From Macrostomum lignano (Eukaryota): a stretch of 64,000 nucleotides of DNA. The stretch is from positions 1 to 64,000 of the forward strand of contig NIVC01001632.1 in NCBI GenBank assembly GCA_002269645.1, in the 5' to 3' direction. The position numbers were made by a program, and so were the translations under genes. Each line of letters begins with the position of its first letter. Position 1 is the first letter of the stretch. This document shows positions 1 to 12,300 of this stretch, piece by piece. The notes beneath the pieces were generated by a model. It had not been told where the DNA came from. It saw only the letters and a program-made list of their open reading frames with translations, and searched no databases.

Positions 1-61
1 GGTGGACTCCGGCTTCTTGGCTCTGCTGCAGACTGTTGCTAGGCTGGTTGACGCGTGAGTA

Positions 62-104
<43 letters not shown>

Positions 105-134
105 AGTGTCTGTCTGTCTGTCTGTCTGTCTTAG

Positions 135-187
<53 letters not shown>

Positions 188-216
188 TTCTGTCTTTCTG
201 TCTGTCTGTCTGTCTA

Positions 217-279
<63 letters not shown>

Positions 280-336
280 GTCTGTCTGTCTTTCTGTCTT
301 TCTGTCTGTCTGTCTGTCTATCTGTTCGTCTGTCTA

Positions 337-394
<58 letters not shown>

Positions 395-3300
395 GCCTGC
401 CTGCCTGCCTGCCTGTCTGTCTGTCTGTCTGTCTGCCTGCCTGTCTGCCTGTCCGTCTGTTTGTCTGTCTGTCTGTCTGTCTTAGTGTCTGTCTTAGTGT
501 CTATCTGTCTACCGAGCACAAGCCACTCGCCATATCCCATTGCTCGCGCTTGCCACCGCAGAGACGATCCAGTTCGATCGCTGCCCACATCAGCCCCGGC
601 CATGGGCCCCGTTGTGGAATCGAGCCGCAGTCGCCGCCATGTGCCCTACTCGCCACTGAACGGCCCCGAACTGGTTGCCCTAATGAAAATTGGCACCCGG
701 GTTGTGCGCGGCCAGGACTGGAAGTGGGGCCATCAGGTGAGCTTGGCGTCTTGCTTTAGTTCACTTAAGCACAGTTAGGAAGGCTGGAAGGGCGTACGGT
801 TCATTGAAGGGTCAAGAATCCAACGGAACCTTTGCGTATCAATCAAATGAACACTAACAATCCAGCGGCCCTCATTTGGGAATCCAACTTCCCTATGACG
901 AATGACTCAATTTGAATCCAGCTTCCCTATGACCGAATGACTCGATTTGAATCCAGCTTCCCTATGACCGAATGACTCAATTTGAATCCAGCTTCCCTAT
1001 GACCGAATGACTCGATTTGAATCCAGCTTCCCTATGGCCGAATGACTCGATTTGAATCCAGCTTCCCTATGACCGAATGACTCAATTTGAATCCAGCTTC
1101 CCTATGGCCGAATGACTCGATTTGAATCCAGCTTCCCTATGACCGAATGACTCAATTTGAATCCAGCTTCCCTATGACGAATGACTCAATTTGAATCCAG
1201 CTTCCCTATGGCCGAATGACTCGATTTGAATCCAGCTTCCCTATGGCTGAATGACTCAGTGGGAGTCCAGCTTCTCTATGACCGAATGACTCAATTTGAA
1301 TTCAACTTCCCTATGACCAAATGACTCAATTTGAATCCAGCTTCCCTATGGCCGAATGACTCAGTGGGAGTCCAGCTTCCCTATGACCGAATGACTCAAT
1401 TTGAATCCAGCTTCCCTATGACCGAATGACTCAATTTGAATCCAGCTTCCCTATGGCCGAATGACTCAATTTGAATCCAGCTTCCCTATGACCGAATGAC
1501 TCAGTGGGAATCCAGCTTCCCTATGACCGAATGACTCAGTGGGAATCCAGCCTTCCTATGACCGAATGACTCAGTGGGAATCCAGCCTTCCTATGACCGA
1601 ATGACTCAGTGGGAATCCAGCCTTCCTATGACCGAATGACTCAGTGGGAATCCAGCCTTCCTATGACCGAATGACTCAGTGGGAATCCAGCTTCCCTATG
1701 ACCGAATGACTCAGTGGGAATCCAGCTTCCCTATGACCGAATGACTCAGTGGGAGTCCAGCTTCCCTATGACCGAATGACTCAGTGGGAATCCAGCTTCC
1801 CTATGACCGAATGACTCAGTGGGAGTCCAGCTTCCCTATGACCGAATGACTCAGTGGGAATCCAGCTTCCCTATGCTATCCTATAACCATGACGGAAACC
1901 CTTAGACTAAGCGAACACCCATAAATCCCCCGATAAACCCGGCCGCAGGACGATGGCAACAGCGTTGGCACAATTGTCGGCGAACTAGGCGACGACGGCT
2001 GGATCCGGGTGAACTGGGACAGCGGCGGCACCAACTCCTACAGGATGGGCCGGGAAGGCAAATACGATTTGAAGCTGGCCGAGCCCCCCTTGATCTCCGA
2101 GGAGGACGATGACGATGACGAAGATTTTGACGACGACATTAGCCAATTTGACGACAGTGTCGATTTCAGCGACAATGATATTGACTACGAGGTCGACGGC
2201 GAGGTCTCGAACGTCGTCGCTGTTGTCGACGGCGCCGACCAGCGGCAACAGAAACTGGACGACGACGCCAGCAACGTCGCCGATAGGCGACATCGTCGAC
2301 ACCAAAACTATCGACGTCGTCGCCGATCAAAATCGAAATTATCGACCGACGCGCGTCGTCGACTTCAACAGGAGCGTCGGCGTCGTGCCGTTGAGAGTGA
2401 GGCCAGACATCCGGACTGCGGCCTGCGGCGGATCTGCTCGGCGTGGCGTGTCGGCCTGCTGCACCGGGTGGCCAGCCAGCCCGACTGCTTGGACCAGCGC
2501 TGCTGGGACCGTCTGGCTGCGTTCGTCTACGACGCTCTGGCCTCGTGTCTCGAAGGCGGCGATGCCGGCGACAACGGTGGCTGGTTCAGCTTGAAGCTGA
2601 TCCTCCGACTATGCTGTTGCAAAGCCTTTGTTCGTAGGCTGGTGACCGATAAATGGGTCGGCCTGCTGGTGCGTTGGAAGGTCAAAGTATTGAAAATTAG
2701 AGTACCTTTAATACTCTGAGATCTCTTTCGACCTTTAACTCCAGGAGTGCATTTTTGTAGTTTCTTTAAATTTGGCTGATTTTCTTTCATATCTGAGTTA
2801 AGTGGTATCTGGGGTGAGATTCTATGGTATCTGGGGTGAGATTCTGTGGTATCTGGGGTGACATTATATGGTATCTGGTGTGAGATTCTATGGTATCTGG
2901 GGTGAGATTCTATGGTTTCTGGGGTGAGATTCTATGGTATCTGGGGTGAGATTCTGTAGCATCTGGGTGAGATTACGTGGTATCTGGGGTGAGATTCTAT
3001 GGTATCTGGGGTGAGATTCTGTGGTATCTGGGGTGACATTATATGGTATCTGGTGTGAGATTCTATGGCATCTGGGGTGAGATTCTGTGGTATCTGGGGT
3101 GACATTATATGGTATCTGGTGTGAGATTCTATGGTATCTGGGGTGAGATTCTATGGTTTCTGGGGTGAGATTCTATGGCATCTGGGGTGAGATTCTGTAG
3201 CATCTGGGTGAGATTACGTGGTATCTGGGGTGAGATTCTATGGTATCTGGGGTGAGATTCTGTGGTATCTGGGGTGACAATATATGGTATCTGGGGTGAG

Positions 3301-6300
3301 ATTCTGTGGCATCTGGGTGAGATTATGTGGTATCTGGGTGAGATTATGTGGTATTTGTGTTAATGTTGTCTTAGATGTGATATTCAGGATGTAATTCTGA
3401 GGTACGCGGTGTGAGATAGTCCGTGGGATTTTTCGAGTAATTGGAACTGCCGCCCAGTTTTTTCATTATTATCATGGAATAGATGATTTAAACTAACTGT
3501 TCGCGCCTTTTTCTGTTGCTAGGTCCGGCTCTTCGACAAGCAGGGTAAGCCGCAGCTCAGTTCGCGCACTTTCGAATATCAGCTGGGCCTGCTCAGACTG
3601 CTGCACATTCTCACGGCCGCGTCTGCCGATCGGATCCGACCCGAACCGGCCTTAGTGCAGTTGCTATGGCAACGTTGCGACGCTTTGCTAGCCGGATTTC
3701 AAGCCGACCCGGGCGCCTGCAAAAACGACGTACTTTGCAATCGGCCCGACGTGCCACTGACTGCGCCAATGTATTCCGCCTACTGCCAGGAAGCCCTCTG
3801 CGTGCTGCGACTGTTTGCCAATTCGGGCGTCTGGCGGCCGCTCCTCCTTGGCGAGGCCCGTCGACGCCTAGTCGATCTGGCCGACGCTCTGGACTCTGGC
3901 AAAGCGTCGAAGGCTTTTCCTCGCGGCCTGAGCCTGGCCTGTCTAGTCTGCGACCTGGAGCCCAGGGTCTACGTTGGCAGCCTAGTCTGCCTCGGCGCTT
4001 CAGCCGACGCCGACGCAGCCGACGATGAGGCCGATATCGACGGCGACGCGGAAGCCTCCGACGTTGGCCTGGCCGTGGTTCAGCAAATCTCCAATGGCGG
4101 CAGTTGACTTTGTCGAAAGCGACCTCGACGTCGGCGGCGGCTGCTGCTGCGATCCGGCTGAAACTCGACGCCTTGCCGGCCGGCGCCACCCGCGGTGTTC
4201 AATTGGACGCTGAGACTCTCGAGCTCTCTTCGTTGACAATCCTGACGGTGCCGATGCATTGCGCCGCATTGTTGAACGCTTGGTACTGAAGTCGGCTAGA
4301 AATGGACCGATAGAAAAAGAAGAATCCAAAGAACTCGATGAAACTGCGGCTTCCACGTCGCTGCTAGTTGAATCTTTTACTGCTCGGGCGCTGCTGACCC
4401 TGGGCGAGCGTCTGCAGGCTGGCTGGCTCGGCTGGCTTGGCGACTCCTTATCAAAGTATCGCCAGCTCCTCTCCGTGGCCGTCCAGCCCAGCCGCCTGCG
4501 GCCCGGCTACTCCGCCGTCGAGATCGACTCCGCCATTGTGAACCACGAGCATTATCTATTGGCCTCGCTGAACTGCCGTCGGCAGGACGACGGTGGCAAC
4601 CAGATGGCGCTGCCGCCGCAGGCGAGGATACCAAAATCCACCGGCCTGACAGCGTCGGCCTCGTCGACGGCGGTGTCCGCAGAGACGTCCGTCGATCGCC
4701 GCCTGCTGAACGTGGCATCCGCGCCGGCCTTCGGCTCGTCGACAGGCGGCGAAGATCGACAACGCCAGCATCGTCGACAGCGTCGGCAGCATCCTCGGCG
4801 TGGCGAAGACAGTCGACGCCGTCGCGAGCAGCGTCGGGGACGACAATCTGGCAGTGACGGGAAGCCGACTGGCGGCGGCTCGCCGTCGTTTGTCCTGCCG
4901 TTGCAGCTGGCCCCAGTGCTAGAGATGGGATTCCCTCAGCGGGCAATTCAACGCGCCATCGCGGCGCTCGGCCGATCGTTGGCAGCCGGCTGACCCGCGG
5001 CGGAGACCAGCAGCTGCCGAGCTGCGACGCCGTAGTTGAATGGCTGATAGAAAACCCCGAATCGGGGACCGGCGACGGCGTCGGCAGCGATGGAGGCGAC
5101 GCTACGCCTACTGAGCAGCGGGCGCCTTCGATCTGCTCAACTGATGATGTTGACAACGACGATGATGATCTTGACGGTGAGGAAGACGACGATGAGGATG
5201 ACGAGAACTGGATCAGCGCCGACTCAAGCGGAGCTAGCGGCTCCGGCAGCTACAAGACAATCGGCGATTTTCCTACAATAGATGAATACGCCAGCTACGT
5301 TAAGTCGTTGGTTCGAGTCGGATCGCGTGTCCGCTGCCTGCGCGACTACCAAGGCGTTGTTCGGGCCGGCGACGTCGGCCAGGTGGTGTCGATCGATTGC
5401 GACGATCTGCACGATTTGAATGTGCGCGTCGCCTGGCACCGCGGCGGTGGCGGCGGCGGCGGCAGCGAGGATCCGCCGCAGCCGCCTGTAGTTTACTGGG
5501 CTCGATTCGCCCAGCTGGAGCTGCTGCCGTCAAGGAGTAGAGCTGCGGCTCGAAGCGGAGAAGACGCCGATGGAGAACGGTTCGGTCGGGGCGAACGCGA
5601 CCATGGTGGCGACGATTCAACCGCTGGTCGGCAGCGCCGATCTCTGACCCGCTCTGCCGCCTTGAAAGTTGGCGATCGGGTGCAGGTGAGCGCTGCGTCC
5701 GTTTCTTTAAGGGGGCCGCCCCTCCCTCACAGCTCCGATGCTTTAAGGGGGCCGCCCCTCCCTCACAGCTCCGATGCTTTAAGGGGGCCGCCCCTCCCTC
5801 ACAGCTCCGATGCTTTAAGGGGGCCGCCCCTCCCTCACAGCTCCGATGCTTTAATGGGGCCGCCCCTCCCTCACTCCGTTTCTTTAAGGGGGCCGCCCCT
5901 CCCTCACTCCGATGCTTTAAGGGGGCCGCCCCTCCCTCACTCCGTTTCTTTAAGGGGGCCGCCCCTCCCTCACTCCGATGCTTTAAGGGGGCCGCCCCTC
6001 CCTCACTCCGATGCTTTAATGGGGCCGCCCCTCCCTCACTCCGATGCTTTAAGGGGGCCGCCCCTCCCTCACTCCGATGCTTTAATGGGGCCGCCCCTCC
6101 CTCACTCCGATGCTTTAATGGGGCCGCCCCTCCCTCACTCCGTTTCTTTAAGGGGGCCGCCCCTCCCTCACTCCAATGCTTTAAGGGGGCCGCCCCTCCC
6201 TCACAGCTCCGATGCTTTAAGGGGCCGCCCCTCCCTCACATCTCCGATGCTTTAAGGGGGCCGCCCCTCCCTCACTCCGATGCTTTAATGGGGCCGCCCC

Positions 6301-9300
6301 TCCCTCACTCCGATGCTTTAAGGGGGCCGCCCCTCCCTCACTCCGATGCTTTAATGGGGCCGCCCCTCCCTCACTCCGATGCTTTAAGGGGGCCGCCCCT
6401 CCCTCACTCCGTTTCTTTAAGGGGGCCGCCTCTCCCTCACTCCGTTTCTTTAAGGGGCCGCCCCTCCCTCACTCCGATGCTTTAAGGGGGCCGCCCCTCC
6501 CTCACTCCGATGCTTTAAGGGAGCCGCCCCTCCCTCACTCCGATGCTTTAAGGGGGCCGCCCCTCCCTCACTCCGATGCTTTAAGGGGGCCGCCCCTCCC
6601 TCACTCCGATGCTTTAAGGGGGCCGCCCCTCCCTCACTCTCCGATGCTTTAAGGGGGCCGCCCCTCCCTCACTCCGATGCTTTAAGGGGCCGCCCCTCCC
6701 TCACTCCGATGCTTTAAGGGGGCCGCCCCTCCCTCACTCCGATGCTTTAATGGGGCCGCCCCTCCCTCACTCCGATGCTTTAAGGGGGCCGCCCCTCCCT
6801 CACTCCGATGCTTTAAGGGGGCCGCCCCTCCCTCACTCCGTTTCTTTAAGGGGGCCGCCCCTCCCTCACTCCGTTTCTTTAAGGGGGCCGCCCCTCCCTC
6901 ACTCCGATGCTTTAATGGGGCCGCCCCTCCCTCACTCCGTTTCTTTAAGGGGGCCGCCCCTCCCTCACTCCGATGCTTTAATGGGGCCGCCCCTCCCTCA
7001 CTCCGATGCTTTAAGGGGGCCGCCCCTCCCTCACAGCTCCGATGCTTTAAGGGGGCCGCCCCTCCCTCACTCCGATGCTTTAATGGGGCCGCCCCTCCCT
7101 CACATCCGATGCTTTAAGGGGGCCGCCCCTCCCTCACATCTCCGATGCTTTAAGGGGGCCGCCCCTCCCTCACTCCGATGCTTTAATGGGGCCGCCCCTC
7201 CCTCACTCCGATGCTTTAATGGGGCCGCCCCTCCCTCACTCCGATGCTTTAAGGGGCCGCCCCTCCCTCACTCCGATGCTTTAAGGGGCCGCCCCTCCCT
7301 CACTCCGATGCTTTAAGGGGGCCGCCCCTCCCTCACTCCGATGCTTTAAGGGGCCGCCCCTCCCTCACTCCGATGCTTTAAGGGGCCGCCCCTCCCTCAC
7401 TCCGATGCTTTAAGGGGCCGCCCCTCCCTCACTCCGATGCTTTAATGGGGCCGCCCCTCCCTCACTCCGATGCTTTAAGGGGGCCGCCCCTCCCTCACAG
7501 CTCCGATGCTTTAAGGGGGCCGCCCCTCCCTCACTCCGATGCTTTAAGGGGGCCGCCCCTCCCTCACATCCGATGCTTTAAGGGGGCCGCCCCTCCCTCA
7601 CTCCGATGCTTTAATGGGGCCGCCCCTCCCTCACTCCGATGCTTTAATGGGGCCGCCCCTCCCTCACTCCGATGCTTTAAGGGGGCCGCCCCTCCCTCAC
7701 TCCGATGCTTTAAGGGGGCCGCCCCTCCCTCACTCCGTTTCTTTAAGGGGGCCGCCCCTCCCTCACTCCGATGCTTTAAGGGGGCCGCCCCTCCCTCACT
7801 CCGATGCTTTAAGGGGCCGCCCCTCCCTCACTCCGATGCTTTAAGGGGGCCGCCCCTCCCTCACTCCGATGCTTTAAGGGGGCCGCCCCTCCCTCACTCC
7901 GATGCTTTAAGGGGGCCGCCCCTCCCTCACATCTCCGATGCTTTAAGGGGGCCGCCCCTCCCTCACATCTCCGATGCTTTAAGGGGGCCGCCCCTCCCTC
8001 ACTCCGATGCTTTAAGGGGGCCGCCCCTCCCTCACTCCGATGCTTTAAGGGGCCGCCCCTCCCTCACTCCGATGCTTTAAGGGGCCGCCCCTCCCTCACT
8101 CCGTGCTTTAAGGGGGCCGCCCCTCCCTCACTCCGTTTCTTTAAGGGGGCCGCCCCTCCCTCACTCCGTTTCTTTAAGGGGGCCGCCCCTCCCTCACTCC
8201 GTTTCTTTAAGGGGGCCGCCCCTCCCTCACTCCGTGCTTTAAGGGGCCGCCCCTCCCTCACTCCGTTTCTTTAAGGGGGCCGCCCCTCCCTCACTCCGAT
8301 GCTTTAATGGGGCCGCCCCTCCCTCACTCCGTTTCTTTAAGGGGCCGCCCCTCCCTCACTCCGAAGGGGCCGCCCCTCCCTCACTCCGCTTTAATGGGGC
8401 CGCCCCTCCCTCACTCCGTTTCTTTACTCCGCCCGCTCCCTCACTAAGGGGGCCGCCCTCCCTCACTTCGATTCATCAGAAAAAAGTTTTCAATAAAATT
8501 CCCCTAAAAAATCTGCAGGTCCGACCCGAGATCGCGAATCCCCGCTACCGCTGGGGAAGCGTCACCCCAGCCAGCGTTGGCGTCCTGGTCACCCTGTGCG
8601 GCCAGCCCGCAAGCCAGCCCGAAGCCATTGTTGATTTTCCCGAGCACCGCGGCTGGCGCTGCCTACAGTCGGAGCTGACCGTCGTCCCGGCCGCCTGTCA
8701 CGCCGGCTACTCCTGCGTCGACTGTTGGACTGCGCCGATTCGCGGCTGTCGCTACGCCTGCCGAGTTTGCCCGGATTTCAACCTGTGCGAGGCCTGCTAC
8801 CTGGGCGGCCAATCTGGCCACCAGCCTGGTCACGAATTTCATGTCATAGCCTCGCCTGATGCTTCACCGGTGAGTCTTGGTTCACTTCCGGTGTGTGGTT
8901 GATTCGGCATGGTCTTTGTCAGTTTGAGTCTTGGTTCACTTCCGGTGTGTGGTTGATTCGGTATGGTCTTTGTCAGTTTGAGTCTTGGTTCACTTCCGGT
9001 GTGTGGTTGATTCGGCATGGTCTTTGTCAGTTTGAGTCTTGGTTCACTTCCGGTGTGTGGTTGATTCGGTATGGTCTTTGTCAGTTTGAGTCTTGATTCA
9101 CTTCCGGTGTGTGGTTGATTCGGTATGGTCTTTTTCAGATTGAGTCTTGGTTCACTTCGGGTGTGTGGTTGATTCCGTATGGTCTTTGTTAGTTCAAATA
9201 GTTTTTGTTTACATTTTAAAACTCGCCCATCCGTGCCAGGTGCGCGCCGGCTCGTGTGCGACTCAACGCGACGCTACAGCCGCCTCCGATGTTGGAGGCG

Positions 9301-12300
9301 CTGCTGCCGCAACAGCCGCAGCCGCAGGCGCCGATCCTGTCGCTGGTCGTCGGCGTCGACTGCGCAGCAACCGCAAACGCCGCTCCCACTGGGGCTACTG
9401 CGTCAAGCAGGTGACGGTGTCAAGCCGTGGCGACCTCGTGCGTCGAATGCTCGGCGACTCCAGGGCTGCTGGCGGCGGAGGCTGCTGGCGCAGTGCCGCC
9501 AAGACCTCAGGCGCCAGGCATTGGATTCGACTAGAGATGAACGAGGAAATCGTCATCGATCGGCTGTCTATCAAGGTGAAAATTTGCACTTGATTTGAAG
9601 TGATTGAACTGATGGGTCACGGGCGCATCAGTTGAGTTGTAGAATTGTCAGAGTCGTTGTGTTAGTGTTTTACTCTCTCTACTAACTCAAGTAGACTAAA
9701 TAGAGTTGTTATTAAAAGCGAAATATGATTTTAATTCATTAAGTGACGCAGATGCGTTTTAGACGTGACTCGGTGGTTCTACAGCGACTCTGGCACGCCT
9801 CAGATACGACTCTGCGGCCCCAGAGTCACCCGCGTCACCCCAGAGTCACTTGCATCGCCCCAGAGTCACTTGCGTCACCCCAGAGTCACTTGCGTCACCC
9901 CAGAGTCACTTGCATCACCCCAGAGTCACTTGCGTCGCCCCAGAGTCACTTGCATCGCCCCAGAGTCACTTGCGTCACCCCAGAGTCACTTGCATCACCC
10001 CAGAGTCACCTGCGTCGCCCCAGAGTCACTTGCATCGCCCCAGAGTCACTTGCATCGCCCCAGAGTCACTTGCGTCACCCCAGAGTCACTTGCGTCGCCC
10101 CAGAGTCACCTGCGTCGCCCCAGAGTCACTTGCATCGCCTCAGAGTCACTTGCGTCACCCCAGAGTCACCTGCGTCACCCCAGAGTCACTTGCGTCACCC
10201 CAGAGTCACCTGCGTCGCCCCAGAGTCACTTGCATCGCCCCAGAGTCACTTGCGTCACCCCAGAGTCACCTGCGTCACCCCAGAGTCACTTGCGTCGCCC
10301 CAGAGTCACCTGCGTCGCCCCAGAGTCACTTGCATCGCCTCAGAGTCACTTGCGTCACCCCAGAGTCACCTGCGTCACCCCAGAGTCACTTGCGTCACCC
10401 CAGAGTCACCTGCGTCACCCCAGAGTCACTTGCGTCACCCCAGAGTCACCTGCGTCACCCCAGAGTCACTTGCGTCACCCCAGAGTCACTTGCATCGCCC
10501 CAGAGTTTTTTTAAAGTCGCAGACAATAAAACGCCTCAAATTGACTCTTAGGCGACTCTTCAAGGACTTTTTGACTCTTTGTACCGTGACATCTCGTCGT
10601 TTTAGTAGAGTCGTCTAGAGTCACTTCTTTCCTATTTTATTGATACCTGTGTTATCTGCAACGACTTTGGGGCCTAGGTGCCTTTTTCGTCGCTGTGTAC
10701 ACTTTGCATGAGTGCGTGCTCGAGAATCAGCGCAATGTGCATAACTTGATTCACTAGCTTGCATCCTTTCTAGCTGGACCTGGCCGATTCGCTCTACTTG
10801 CCCAAGCTGGTCATCGTATCGCTTGGCGACCTCACCAAAGGCTTCAAGGAGGTGGCCAGATTCAATCCCACCGCTGCCAACGCCGCCTCTGGCCGCGGCA
10901 GTTCAATGACCGAATGGCTGACGCTGTTGCAGAACTGCGATCGAGCCCATCGAATGGTTGAAATTGTGCTCATGGACAGTCGAGATGATACCGTGTTCAA
11001 TGCCAAGGTGGGTTTCGTGCTTTGAATTTTATTTATTACTAATGCTGCTACAATTTTTTTCTTCTGATAAGCTTTTTCTGATGCTCGTGGTATCGCTCTA
11101 GATAATCACATGATCACCCTGGATAGTCACGTGATCACTCTGGATAATCACGTGATCACTCTGGATAGTCATGTGATCACCCTGGATAGTCACGTGATAA
11201 CTCTAGAAAGGCACTTGGTCGCTCTGGAAAGTCACGTGATAACTCTAGAAAGGCACTTGGTCGCTCTGGAAAGTCACGTGATATATACAAATTTCAAAAC
11301 GGAAATTTTTTTGTTTACCGAACCCGATGACCGCAGGTGCACGGGCTGAGAATCCTCGGTCACCGTCAGCAGGACCTAACCACCATCTATCCCTACCTTG
11401 TGGACGATCAAGTTGACGCGTACACAACGACCTCCGCGACTGCCACGGCCGCCTCGGCGGCCACCGCCTCCGCTGGCAAGCCAGACGCGCCCAGCGTTCG
11501 CACTCACGTCTTTGTTTGGGGCCTAAACGACAAAGACCAACTAGGCGTGGCCAAAGGCTCCAAAGTGAAGGTGCCGCAATTTAACGAGCATCTAAGCGCT
11601 TTAAGATGCACTCAAATTGCCGGCGGATCCAAGAGCCTATTCTGCGTCACGGTGGACGGCGACGTCTACGCGTGCGGCGAGGCGTCCAACGATCGGCTTG
11701 GCTTAGGCAGCTGCGCCGATAATGTTAGCGTGCCCACCATCATCCCCGGACTGGCTGGCTACAAGGTAATGAACCGCGTCAATTGAAATTTATTACTCGT
11801 AAAAGACGATATGTATCGAAAATCATTTTAGTCGCTGCTTTTGGGAATACCCGATATGTATCGAAAAAATCTTCATAATCGCATTCTATAAGGATGGCCG
11901 ATATGTATCGAAAAAATCTTAAAATTCATACCCTAATTAGAACGCCCGATATGTATCGAAAGTCGTTTGAAATAAGCAGAAAATCAAAACACGCTAATAG
12001 CTAACGAAACAAGTATGCACATAGTGTCGTTAAATCTCGTGCACTAAATTGTCTCTACAACTTATAAATTTCCAGATAAAGAAGGTTGCCGTCCACTCCA
12101 GCGGTCGGCACTGTCTGGCACTGACGGTTGACGGTCAAGTTTTAAGCTGGGGTGAATGCGACGATGGTAAATTAGGTCACGGAGTTAGCGAGCCGCAGGT
12201 GAGAAATTGTAGGTTATTTTTTGTGTCCACATACTTTTATTTATTGTAAGTTAAACTGTTTTAATTAATTTAAGAAAGCCACATTTTCGGAACCGATATA

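Noticed and set aside
4095-4995. Programmed ribosomal frameshifting or tiny introns as the explanation for the HERC2 frame changes
   Set aside because: No X XXY YYZ slippery heptamer at the shift sites and no convincing GT...AG pairs; the intervening frames keep HERC2-like sequence, which favours simple 1-nt losses.
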